Below, one piece after another: positions 37,929 through 46,411 of a stretch of DNA of 50,911 bases. The DNA is taken from NCBI GenBank assembly GCA_020632265.1, contig JACKFW010000001.1, positions 284,981 to 335,891 on the forward strand, given 5' to 3'. This DNA is from Pseudomonadales bacterium. GTDB taxonomy: Bacteria; Patescibacteriota; Microgenomatia; UBA1400; PJMF01. The notes below the pieces were generated by a model. It searched no databases, had not been told where the DNA came from, and saw only the letters and a program-made list of their open reading frames with translations. Both the position numbers and the translations under genes were made by a program. Position 1 is the first letter of the stretch; every line of letters starts with the position of its first letter.

Positions 37929-38018
37929 TTTTATTTTTAGAGTATTGAACTTGAAGTATCGTACTTAACTGTACTCAAGAAATTTAGCCTCATTATTATT
38001 TAGTACACTGAACTGAGG

Positions 38019-38047
38019 ATTATAACAATAATTCAGCCCTAACGCAA
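38019..38047 (-). promoter_or_regulatory. Putative rpoB promoter overlapping the mltG stop
   Basis: TTGCGT, 17 nt, TATAAT with TG extension (TGTTATAAT). Confidence 0.6.
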
Positions 38048-39022
38048 GTATTTGTTTATATTCGCATTATGTCCGTCTAATGTTTTAGAATAATACATGT
38101 TGCCATCGTTTGAATGAATATAAAATAAATCGTCAGATTCAATAGGATTAAGTGCCGCATTAATTGCATTTAAACCTGGATTTGAAATTGGAGCCGGTGG
38201 TAAACCACTATTTATATAAGTGTTGTAAGGAGACTTAATTATTTTATCCTCTACAGTTGGTGGTGCCCACCAAGTTTGTTGAGCCTCATTATATCCTTTA
38301 GCATATTGAAGTGTAGCATCCACTTGAAGCGCCATACCAATATCAATTCTGTTTAACAATATTCCAGCAACTCTTCTCATTTGTTCATAATTATTTGCTT
38401 CTCTCTCAAGAATTGATGCTAAAATGAGTACTTGATCAAAATCTCGATCTACTTGTTCAAATTCCTCAGATAATCCTTGTGTAATTTTTCTTTTAAATGT
38501 ACTAATTAATAAATTATAAATTTGTTCTGCTGAAATCTCTCTTGGAATCAAGTAAGTATCTGGATATAACATACCTTCGCTTTTAATTGCCAAACTTAAA
38601 AACTCTTCATTATTAAAGTTTGATAGATTTTGTAAGGATAAACTCTCGGCAATTTCTTCTGCCCTCCAACCCTCAAGGAGAGTTATCCATATATCTTCTG
38701 TTCCGATAGTTAACAATTTTGCAATTTCGCTTACACTCATATTTGGCGAAATATCAAATGATCCTGCCTGAATATTTTTGGCAAGATTATCCCTTATAAC
38801 TACATATCTAAATGCCTGAGCACTTCTTATCAGATTTTCTTCTTTAAGTCTTTTAGCAATTACTGAAATCGCCTGACCTTTAGGAATAATAAATCGTTTT
38901 GTTTCTGTAACATCACTACTTAAAGGTTGTAATAAATAAAAAAAATAAAAAAGTGTCAAAATCAAGAGAATAATAATTGATAAAAAAAACATTGCTATCT
39001 TAGTGTTAATTTTGTTTTTCAT
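38039..39022 (-). CDS. mltG: Endolytic transglycosylase MltG (YceG family)
   Basis: N-terminal TM, LEGWRAEEIA, EGMLYPDTY, LASILERE, LQVDAT, SPYNTY..GLPPAPISNPG. Confidence 0.96.
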   Translation of the reverse strand: MKNKINTKIAMFFLSIIILLILTLFYFFYLLQPLSSDVTETKRFIIPKGQAISVIAKRLKEENLIRSAQAFRYVVIRDNLAKNIQAGSFDISPNMSVSEIAKLLTIGTEDIWITLLEGWRAEEIAESLSLQNLSNFNNEEFLSLAIKSEGMLYPDTYLIPREISAEQIYNLLISTFKRKITQGLSEEFEQVDRDFDQVLILASILEREANNYEQMRRVAGILLNRIDIGMALQVDATLQYAKGYNEAQQTWWAPPTVEDKIIKSPYNTYINSGLPPAPISNPGLNAINAALNPIESDDLFYIHSNDGNMYYSKTLDGHNANINKYLR

Positions 39023-39054
39023 AAGGGTAATAGATTATAACAAATAATAAATGT

Positions 39055-39462
39055 TTAATAGTGCAGATCTAGCCATTCCTGTAGAAATTCTGCTGCCGCA
39101 TAATGATCAATTGGGGCTTCTCTTTTAGATTTCTTTGCAGTTCTAAGTTTTTGATGAACAGAATTTGAACTTAATGTTTCGTCCATGTACTCAATTGAAA
39201 CCTGTGATGACCAATTAGCTTTAAGATATTTTTTTAGTTCAAGCACAAAATGTTCTGTTTTTATTGCCATTGTATTTTCAGATATACCAATAATAATTTT
39301 CTTTATGTGATTATTTTCACAAACTTCCTTAATTTTAGAAAATTTAAATTTATCATTGGCAACAATCATCAGTGGTTCAGCCAAAGTATGTCTAGAAATC
39401 GCTAATCCAATTCGTACGGTACCATAATCTATAGCCAAGACATTAATTATATTTGAGTTCAT
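39055..39462 (-). CDS. ruvX: YqgF/RuvX family nuclease (Holliday-junction-resolvase-like, pre-16S rRNA maturation)
   Basis: LAIDYGTVRIGLAIS, MDETLSS, IDHYAAAEFLQEWLD. Confidence 0.93.
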   Translation of the reverse strand: MNSNIINVLAIDYGTVRIGLAISRHTLAEPLMIVANDKFKFSKIKEVCENNHIKKIIIGISENTMAIKTEHFVLELKKYLKANWSSQVSIEYMDETLSSNSVHQKLRTAKKSKREAPIDHYAAAEFLQEWLDLHY

Positions 39463-39519
39463 ATCAACTTACATTATAAATCATAATTGCTGAAAAATTT
39501 TTCTTTGATGTTCTAATTC

Positions 39520-39615
39520 GATTTGTTTCTAGGATTTTTTTAGGATTTGTTTCCAGGATTTCTTTAGGATTTGTTTCCAGGATTTGTTTAGGATTTGTTT
39601 TCAGGATTTGTTTCC
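39520..39615. repeat. Array of 8 copies of an 11/13-nt unit (core AGGATTTGTTT), with a higher-order 24-bp period
   Basis: Minus-strand units GGAAACAAATCCT, GAAAACAAATCCT, AAACAAATCCT, GGAAACAAATCCT, AAAGAAATCCT, GGAAACAAATCCT, AAAAAAATCCT, AGAAACAAATC; intergenic between the sortase and ruvX genes. Confidence 0.95.
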
Positions 39616-39651
39616 ATAAATTGATTTTCGGATATGTTTTACGAAACCAAT

Positions 39652-40605
39652 TTATTCTTCCGTATTCTCAACTAATTGAGCAGTAACTACGCCTCTTCTC
39701 AAATATGTGCCTTCTGGAGTACAAGTTACTAACTTTAATTGTTTTGAATCATATTTTTGTGTCAAAATATACACATCTTCTGGTTTTACTTCTTTTTTTA
39801 AAGTAACAACATACGTATATTTAACACCTCCAGAAGTTACAAATATTTTATCGCCAGTAGTCAAGGTCATAATGGTACTAAAAATTGAATTATATCTTCT
39901 AGGATTCTTTTCATTTGGATTATAAAATTGTCTTAAAACTGAGTGACCAAAAATTACTGGCGATCCTGGATTTCCAGGAAGTGCTGTACCTTGAAAAGCA
40001 ATTAAGCTTTTATTAAGATCAGTTCCTCCAACAACCACAGATGCATTAGCAATATTTATTTTTGGAATATCAATTGAATATTCTTTGATGTCATAATCTA
40101 ATTCAGGTAGTCCAACTTCGGGTAAAGCAGCTGAACTAAACCAATTAGATAAGTTGGTGTAATCTAATTCTTCATTCACAATTTTTAATTCTCTATTTGA
40201 TTTTGTATAACTATCATTTTGAGTAATAACCAAAGGAGTAACATCCATAACCTCTTCTTGTGGAATCGGGGAAGTTAAAGTTGTAGTTTGAACATCTTTT
40301 GCCACAACAATATAAGATCCAATTATTGGAATCACTGCACTTCCAACCAAATAAAAACCTATTGATAAAAAAAATATTGGTAAAATCATTGCGCCAACTC
40401 TTATTATTTTTGGCAATTTCCTTTTTTGAACATTTTCCCTAATTTCATCTTCTTGTGTTTCAATATTTTCGCTAACACTCATGCGTTGCAAATGTAGGTT
40501 TATTTTTTTTTCAACTTGCGATATTTCAATACCCTGACGCAGAGCATTTCTATAAAGCTCTACAATATCACTCTGCATTACTTTACTTTTTTGTTGTTTA
40601 CTCAT
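39652..40605 (-). CDS. Sortase
   Basis: TM anchor at about aa 70-95; catalytic His-Cys-Arg pattern VIFGHS, LKLVTCTPEG, YLRRGVV. Confidence 0.9.
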   Translation of the reverse strand: MSKQQKSKVMQSDIVELYRNALRQGIEISQVEKKINLHLQRMSVSENIETQEDEIRENVQKRKLPKIIRVGAMILPIFFLSIGFYLVGSAVIPIIGSYIVVAKDVQTTTLTSPIPQEEVMDVTPLVITQNDSYTKSNRELKIVNEELDYTNLSNWFSSAALPEVGLPELDYDIKEYSIDIPKINIANASVVVGGTDLNKSLIAFQGTALPGNPGSPVIFGHSVLRQFYNPNEKNPRRYNSIFSTIMTLTTGDKIFVTSGGVKYTYVVTLKKEVKPEDVYILTQKYDSKQLKLVTCTPEGTYLRRGVVTAQLVENTEE

Positions 40606-40616
40606 TTTTGATTAAT

Positions 40617-42908
40617 TTATTCACTAATAAAGTTAACTTCAATCCTCCCAGATTTTCCTGGGATTTTTTTCACAAAAATTCTTGAGATACTTGGTTGCAA
40701 AACTATTTCTACAGAATCGATTTCATCTTTTGATGAGAGAATTGAACTAATTTCACTGATATTTTTACCCATAATTTCATTTTTAATAAAATCTGCGGAA
40801 ATATCCGGAATTGCAAATGAGCTGATATTTGCGGACAAAGTTACTGGTTGATCGCCATCTAACTCATCTAAATTACTTTCTGTTGGCGCAGATAAAATTT
40901 GCGGATCTCCCTCAAATAACTTGTAATTCTCTGGAATCTGAGAGTCTAAAACTTTAGTTGCAATCGGCTTCAAATCTTCTGCAGTATATGTAATTGCTTC
41001 CAATTCAACCTTCAAAACTAAAGATAATTCTTCCGCTTCATCCCCAACCTCATAATTGAATGTGGCCTCTTCAGAAACAATATTATTGGATGGCAAAATA
41101 TACACACCATCTCCAGCACTTTTTTCAAGCTCTTGATTAATATCTTTGACCAACTCTTTTCTTAAATCTGTAAGTAGTTCAAGTTTATCTTCTGCAGAAA
41201 CAACTTTTACTTCTCTACTAGCACCTCCAGAAAAATCTTCATCTATTGAATATGCGTAAAAAGAACTTTTATCAAAAGGTAATACTAATAATTCAGTGTC
41301 TTTTTTAAGGTTACTATCTGCGCCAATCTGGAGAGCAGTAACATTCGCATCTTTCTTACCATGCTCAGTAACTCCAGGTTTAGGAGAACTTGCTGAAGCG
41401 ATAAGAACATCATCATCTAATTCAAATTTAAGTTCGCCAACACTTAAAACAGTCCCTTTCGTAAGTAGTTTTTCAGCAACAGTACTGTTGTAAATAGTAA
41501 CCCTACCTTTTGCCTTTTCTCCAACAACTTTTATACCAGTTGTTTGCATAACACTCTCGGATTCTTTAGATTTTGAAATCTTATCTGCGGCCAATATAAG
41601 TTTATCAATATCAGTTTCTTTTATCGAGGTGTCCAAAATTATTTCCAAATCCTTAGAAATTGCTTTCGTTTTAAGATCAACAGTTACCAGCGCTTTCGTC
41701 GAAACAAAAAGAGTAAAAAATCCAATCAAAATTAAAGCTATGATTCCCGATACAAAACCCACTAGGGCATAGAGTCTAAAATTTTTATAGTGTTTATCCT
41801 CTTTCTTTATTTTTTTTCGATTTGGATCAAATAAATCTTTTTTCTCAATAATTTCCTGATTTTTTGAAGTCTCCTTGTCAGAAAAATCAACCGCGAGCTC
41901 ACTATCATCTTCGAAATCTGGCTCCTTTAAATTACTTTCAGCTTCAGATATCAACTCATTATCAAATTCTTCACTTGAAATTGGAACTCCAAATGAAGAT
42001 TGTGTGGAAACAGCCTTGTCAATACTAACATCATCAAAACCGAATTCCTCACTATCTAGCTTATTAGTCTGATCAACTTCATCCACCAATTCATCATCGG
42101 GATTTTTTTCAACGCTCACTGAAGCTGCTATTGCTGCCTCCGTCATACCTTTTTGTAAAGCCACAGCTTTAGCAGCTTCATTAGTAATCATCAACTCAAA
42201 TTCCTTGGCCAACATCACTTCAACAGTAGGTGGTTGTAAAAATTGTGATTGAGCCTTCCAATCAGAATTATAAATTAGCTGTTGTTGCTTTCTTAACTCA
42301 ACTTCATCTAAATCTAGTGATGCTAATATTATGCGATTTGGTAAATAGAAACCTTCTTTAATAGATTTAGATGAAAATCTAGCTAAGCCCTCTAAAAAAT
42401 CTCCTTTACTATCTTGAGACCTACCAACACTTTCTACCTCTTTGATTTTACCTTGATGAACTAGATTTAAAGTAATATTATTTTTACCTAAAACAACAAT
42501 AATTCCAGAAAAAAGCGAGTTTCCTGAAATTTTTTGCTGAACAAGTGCCTCAGAAATTACTATAAATCCCAATGGTTCGAGTGATAAATCGTCGGTTAGT
42601 TTCTTTAATAAAGGTTTTTTTTCATCAACCACATCACCTTTTGTAACCCAACTATGATTTAATCCAAAAATTACAGAGTTTACATTTTCTGATTTATCTC
42701 CCAATTGTTGTAGACTTTCGTCTACTTTTATTAAGCAGTTGCTTACTCCATCGTAATCAGAAATATCGGATTTAGCTAAAACATCAATGCCGTCTCCAGA
42801 TATGGATAATAAAAATGACTGAATTTTAATATCAGTTAAATGAATAAAAATTACCATTGCATGATTTTTTTGATCTTGTTTTGAAGAAAATAGATTGGGC
42901 AAGTCCAT
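40617..42908 (-). CDS. Membrane protein with N-terminal degenerate FtsA/actin-like region and C-terminal baseplate-J/gp47-like region
   Basis: Single TM at about aa 380-405 after an acidic linker. Distal motifs KAKGRVTIYN, TKGTVL, VTALQIGADSNL and FSGGASREVKVVSAED match my recollection of CPR baseplate-J-like proteins. The N-terminal alternating beta/alpha pattern is only suggestive of an actin-like fold. Confidence 0.6.
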   Translation of the reverse strand: MDLPNLFSSKQDQKNHAMVIFIHLTDIKIQSFLLSISGDGIDVLAKSDISDYDGVSNCLIKVDESLQQLGDKSENVNSVIFGLNHSWVTKGDVVDEKKPLLKKLTDDLSLEPLGFIVISEALVQQKISGNSLFSGIIVVLGKNNITLNLVHQGKIKEVESVGRSQDSKGDFLEGLARFSSKSIKEGFYLPNRIILASLDLDEVELRKQQQLIYNSDWKAQSQFLQPPTVEVMLAKEFELMITNEAAKAVALQKGMTEAAIAASVSVEKNPDDELVDEVDQTNKLDSEEFGFDDVSIDKAVSTQSSFGVPISSEEFDNELISEAESNLKEPDFEDDSELAVDFSDKETSKNQEIIEKKDLFDPNRKKIKKEDKHYKNFRLYALVGFVSGIIALILIGFFTLFVSTKALVTVDLKTKAISKDLEIILDTSIKETDIDKLILAADKISKSKESESVMQTTGIKVVGEKAKGRVTIYNSTVAEKLLTKGTVLSVGELKFELDDDVLIASASSPKPGVTEHGKKDANVTALQIGADSNLKKDTELLVLPFDKSSFYAYSIDEDFSGGASREVKVVSAEDKLELLTDLRKELVKDINQELEKSAGDGVYILPSNNIVSEEATFNYEVGDEAEELSLVLKVELEAITYTAEDLKPIATKVLDSQIPENYKLFEGDPQILSAPTESNLDELDGDQPVTLSANISSFAIPDISADFIKNEIMGKNISEISSILSSKDEIDSVEIVLQPSISRIFVKKIPGKSGRIEVNFISE

Positions 42909-42996
42909 AAATATTAGTCCAATAAAAAATTGACTACTCTCTGGCAGTTTAACTATAATTAAAGCAAATTATTGACAAAAATAGAAGAGCAACTTC

Positions 42997-44862
42997 TTAT
43001 CTGAGATAAATTCTTCTAATTCCATTTGAAATTGCTTGCTCTTTAAAGATTTGAATATGACCAATCTGAGAAGTATTTTCTACATGAGGTCCGCCACATA
43101 ATTCTCTTGAAACCCAGCTTGTATCAGTTCCGTTTCCAATTGTATAAACAGTAACGTCTTCAGGATATTTTTCCACAAAAAATGCAATTGCACCAGACTT
43201 AAGAGCTTCACTTTTTTTCATATATTTCACACTGACTGTCAAAGATTCTGTTATCCAGGCATTAATTTGGTTTTCGACCTCAATAATTTCTTCTTTTGTT
43301 AAAGCTTTTGGGTGTGAAAAATCGAATCTTAATCTATTAGCAGTAATATTTGAGCCTTTTTGCTCAACATGTTTTCCCAAAATCTTTCTTAATGCTGCAT
43401 GTAATAAATGAGTAGCGGTATGATATCTAGTGGTTTCTACACTACTATCTTGCAAACCACCTTTAAATTTCTGTGATGACGAACTTCTTGACAGATCTGC
43501 ATGAGCTTTTTGTGCTTTTTGAAAAGATTCTAAAGAAACTGTCTGCCCTTTTTCTTGAGCAATTTCTTTGGTAAGTTCAAAAGGAAACCCATGTGTTTCA
43601 TACAATTTAAATGCGATCTCACCATTCAAAACACTATGCTTTTCGATCTCTTTTAACCCTTTTTGAATTGTTTGAGCGAACTTCTTTTCTTCTTGGGATA
43701 AAACATTTTGAATCTCATTTGATTTACTTAATAAATCTGGGTAAAAATCTTGATACAAGCCAATAATTAGAGGAACTAAATCTTTTATAAATAAATCGTT
43801 TATTCCAATCATTTTTGCATATCTGACCGATCTTCTAACCAATCTTCTTGAAAAATAGCCTTGTTCTTTATTTGAAGGATAGACGCCGTCTGCAGCCAGC
43901 ATTACAGCTGCCCTTAAATGATCTGCGACCACTCTAAAAGATCTTTTATTTTTTTCACTCTCTGAATACTTCTTGTTAGAAATCATTTCTAAATACTCAA
44001 TAATATCTTTGAAAATAGATGTCATAAAGACATCATTAACATCGTTAATTGCTGCCAAAATCCGCTCAAATCCACCTCCAAAATCAACATTTCTTTGAGA
44101 AAGTTCTATAAATCCACCATCATTTTGTTTGCGATATTGCATAAAAACACTATTACAAATTTCCAAAAATCTTCCGCAATCACAATTAACATGACAAACT
44201 TGATTTTTAAATAATGAATTTTCATGAATTTTTTTATCGGCTCCAAAATCATAAAAAACTTCACTATCGGGTCCACCCGGTTCCCCCGCTGGCATGTTGT
44301 CTGGAACTCCTGCTCTCGACCACCAGTTATATTTTTCATCGAAATAAAAAATTCTGCCGGCCTGCATACCATTGATTTGAGAATGATCAATGTCGATTGC
44401 CTCAATGCCAACTTTGGAAAATAACTTTTTCCAAATTTCAACAGAATCCAGATCTTTATCAATATTTAATTTTATATTTCCACTAAAAACAGTAACAAAT
44501 AATTTTTTTGGATCTAAATTGATTTTATTAACCAAGAAATCAAAAAGCCATTCAAGCTGTTCATTTTTAAAATAATCACCAAATGACCAATTTCCTAACA
44601 TTTCAAAAAATGTGATGTGTCTGTTATCGCCAATTTCCTCAATATCTTGAGATCTAAAACATTTTTGAATATCAACGATTCTAGAACCCTTGGGATGGGG
44701 AACTCCCAAAAAATATTCCATCATAGGTTGCATACCCGAACCCGTAAACAAAGTTGTGGGATCATTTTCAGGAACTATCGAGGATGAAGGAACTATTTGA
44801 TGATTCTTATTTTTATAAAAATCTAAATATAGTTGTTTTAATTTATTAGCTTGCATAATCAA
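42997..44862 (-). CDS. alaS: Alanyl-tRNA synthetase, short form lacking the C-Ala domain
   Basis: DPTTLFTGSGMQP, QKCFR..DIEEIG, HITFFEMLGNWSFGDYFK, editing motifs HTATHLLH and ELCGGPHV; ends at GIRRIYLR (621 aa). Confidence 0.96.
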   Translation of the reverse strand: MIMQANKLKQLYLDFYKNKNHQIVPSSSIVPENDPTTLFTGSGMQPMMEYFLGVPHPKGSRIVDIQKCFRSQDIEEIGDNRHITFFEMLGNWSFGDYFKNEQLEWLFDFLVNKINLDPKKLFVTVFSGNIKLNIDKDLDSVEIWKKLFSKVGIEAIDIDHSQINGMQAGRIFYFDEKYNWWSRAGVPDNMPAGEPGGPDSEVFYDFGADKKIHENSLFKNQVCHVNCDCGRFLEICNSVFMQYRKQNDGGFIELSQRNVDFGGGFERILAAINDVNDVFMTSIFKDIIEYLEMISNKKYSESEKNKRSFRVVADHLRAAVMLAADGVYPSNKEQGYFSRRLVRRSVRYAKMIGINDLFIKDLVPLIIGLYQDFYPDLLSKSNEIQNVLSQEEKKFAQTIQKGLKEIEKHSVLNGEIAFKLYETHGFPFELTKEIAQEKGQTVSLESFQKAQKAHADLSRSSSSQKFKGGLQDSSVETTRYHTATHLLHAALRKILGKHVEQKGSNITANRLRFDFSHPKALTKEEIIEVENQINAWITESLTVSVKYMKKSEALKSGAIAFFVEKYPEDVTVYTIGNGTDTSWVSRELCGGPHVENTSQIGHIQIFKEQAISNGIRRIYLR

Positions 44863-44930
44863 TTCATTTTATTATTAAGTTTTTCTAACTTTCAGATTTT
44901 ACAATTATTTTTTGGATTGAAACAAATTTA

Positions 44931-44939
44931 ATTATAACA
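44931..44939 (-). promoter_or_regulatory. Putative extended -10 promoter of alaS
   Basis: TGTTATAAT on the minus strand in the divergent spacer. Confidence 0.45.
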
Positions 44940-44986
44940 TCTTGATAAAACATTCCTCTTTCACATATGTAGTCTAATGAAGTAAA

Positions 44987-45385
44987 ATGGAAAGCAGAAT
45001 GCAGGAAAATAAAGACTTACAGGGTGAAATTAACAATATTCTAGGTAGTTCCGATACGCTGCCAGAGCCAAATGTTGTTGCGCCTGTACAAATTAATAAT
45101 CCTAACGGACTCAACAATAGTAATTTAAACACATCATATGATCCTCAACAAAATTTATCATTTGAAGCACATAAATATTCTCCAAATAATGAAAAATTTA
45201 AAAAACTAATTATTATTGTTCCTTTGGTTTTTTTTGGAATTTTATTATTACTAAAATTTTCCGATCATTTATCTTATCAAGCATGTATCAGGGCAACAGG
45301 TAGTACAATTGTCAGATTAGAGCCCGCTTTTTGTAAAACAGAGAATGGGAAAATATTTCAAAAAAATCCTAAAATGATAAAATAA
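44987..45385 (+). CDS. Hypothetical single-TM protein with a C-terminal two-Cys motif
   Basis: Low-complexity N-terminus, TM IIIVPLVFFGILLLL, then YQAC...G.......PAFC....GKIF. Confidence 0.7.
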   Translation: MESRMQENKDLQGEINNILGSSDTLPEPNVVAPVQINNPNGLNNSNLNTSYDPQQNLSFEAHKYSPNNEKFKKLIIIVPLVFFGILLLLKFSDHLSYQACIRATGSTIVRLEPAFCKTENGKIFQKNPKMIK

Positions 45386-45472
45386 CTTTAAAATAGTACT
45401 AAGTCACAAAAATAAATATTATAATTCTAATCGGAATCTGTAAACAATATTATAAAAAGTAATTAAATAAAT

Positions 45473-45646
45473 ATGACAAATACCTCAAATGAATTAAAAA
45501 ATATTTTAAACTCTGCTGAATTTAAAAAAAGATCGAGCTATGCCGCAGATGACGCACTAAAATTTTCATTCAAATGGATAGGAATATCTCTAAAAGCTGT
45601 AATTGATTTCATCAAGTCAATGATCCAAATGACTTTAGGAAAATAA
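45473..45646 (+). CDS. Small hypothetical protein, 57 aa (below the ORF-track cutoff)
   Basis: Hand translation MTNTSNELKNILNSAEFKKRSSYAADDALKFSFKWIGISLKAVIDFIKSMIQMTLGK fills the intergenic gap; the C-terminal half looks like an amphipathic helix. Confidence 0.65.
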   Translation: MTNTSNELKNILNSAEFKKRSSYAADDALKFSFKWIGISLKAVIDFIKSMIQMTLGK

Positions 45647-45680
45647 TCAGCAAATCATTCAAATCTAAATGACCCTAATT

Positions 45681-46043
45681 CTAAATTCCTTTAAACATCT
45701 TTTTCTTGATTAAAGTTGTCTTATTATCACTTTTTGAATTTTTATTAGTTGCCAACTTACGTTTATTTTTTCCAACATTTTTGCTAATTTTTTTAGAACT
45801 ATCATCTGCGACAAAGTCAGTAATCTTAAATTTAAGAGTATTAACAATATCAACTAGACTCGGTTCTTGACCGGTTATCAGTCCTTCTTCTTCAAGTTTT
45901 TTTTTGATTTTATCCCATTGAAAAAATATTTGATCCTTAATTTCACGACCTTCTTTTGTTTTCGTCAGGAAAAAACCAGCAACTCCCGCAAGAGCTCCAA
46001 CAACAAAGCCTAAAAAGAAGTTATCGCGATCATTGGTTGTCAT
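45681..46043 (-). CDS. YtxH-domain protein
   Basis: FFLGFVVGALAGVAGFFLTKTKEGREIKDQI; follows a DUF948 gene, as in the Bacillus ytxG-ytxH arrangement. Probable start is ATG 46043. Confidence 0.8.
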   Translation of the reverse strand: MTTNDRDNFFLGFVVGALAGVAGFFLTKTKEGREIKDQIFFQWDKIKKKLEEEGLITGQEPSLVDIVNTLKFKITDFVADDSSKKISKNVGKNKRKLATNKNSKSDNKTTLIKKKMFKGI

Positions 46044-46320
46044 TTTTTTTCTTGGTTTTTTCGCCACCTTTATTTAACCAAGTTGTAAATGCTTCAAAAA
46101 ATTGCATTCCAGTTTTGATTCCAGCCAAAGCGCCCCCAAGGTTTTGAAAGGGATTTGTAATTACATGAATTTTTTCTTCTACAACATCCAATGTATCGTT
46201 AACTTTTCTCAAAGTTCGTTTGATTTCAATCAAAACCATCATCACTTGAACTCCAACGACACTCAAGACTATTGTGAGAATCACTAATACGACTGCAAAA
46301 ATTACGGGTAAAATATCCAT
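46030..46320 (-). CDS. DUF948 (YtxG/YoxC-like) membrane-anchored coiled-coil protein
   Basis: N-terminal TM then EIKRTLRKVNDTLDVVEEK; SD AAAGGA. Confidence 0.75.
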   Translation of the reverse strand: MDILPVIFAVVLVILTIVLSVVGVQVMMVLIEIKRTLRKVNDTLDVVEEKIHVITNPFQNLGGALAGIKTGMQFFEAFTTWLNKGGEKTKKKNDNQ

Positions 46321-46411
46321 ATAATCCTTTTTGTTTTATGTTTATATAATACAACATTCTTTTAATATTTTCTTTATGTTTTCCTAATTACATCCTGTCT
46401 AATTCATAAAA

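Noticed and set aside
39520-39615. CRISPR array or DnaA-box cluster
   Set aside because: No spacers; the unit is too short for a CRISPR repeat and does not match TTATCCACA.
39460-39660. Expressed KxILETNP-repeat protein
   Set aside because: The repeat-reading frame has no ATG/GTG/TTG before the repeats; it is kept only as a possibility under the repeat finding.
40617-42908. Prophage or contractile injection system
   Set aside because: No other phage, sheath, tube, spike or integrase genes; the protein has a TM and sits among housekeeping genes.
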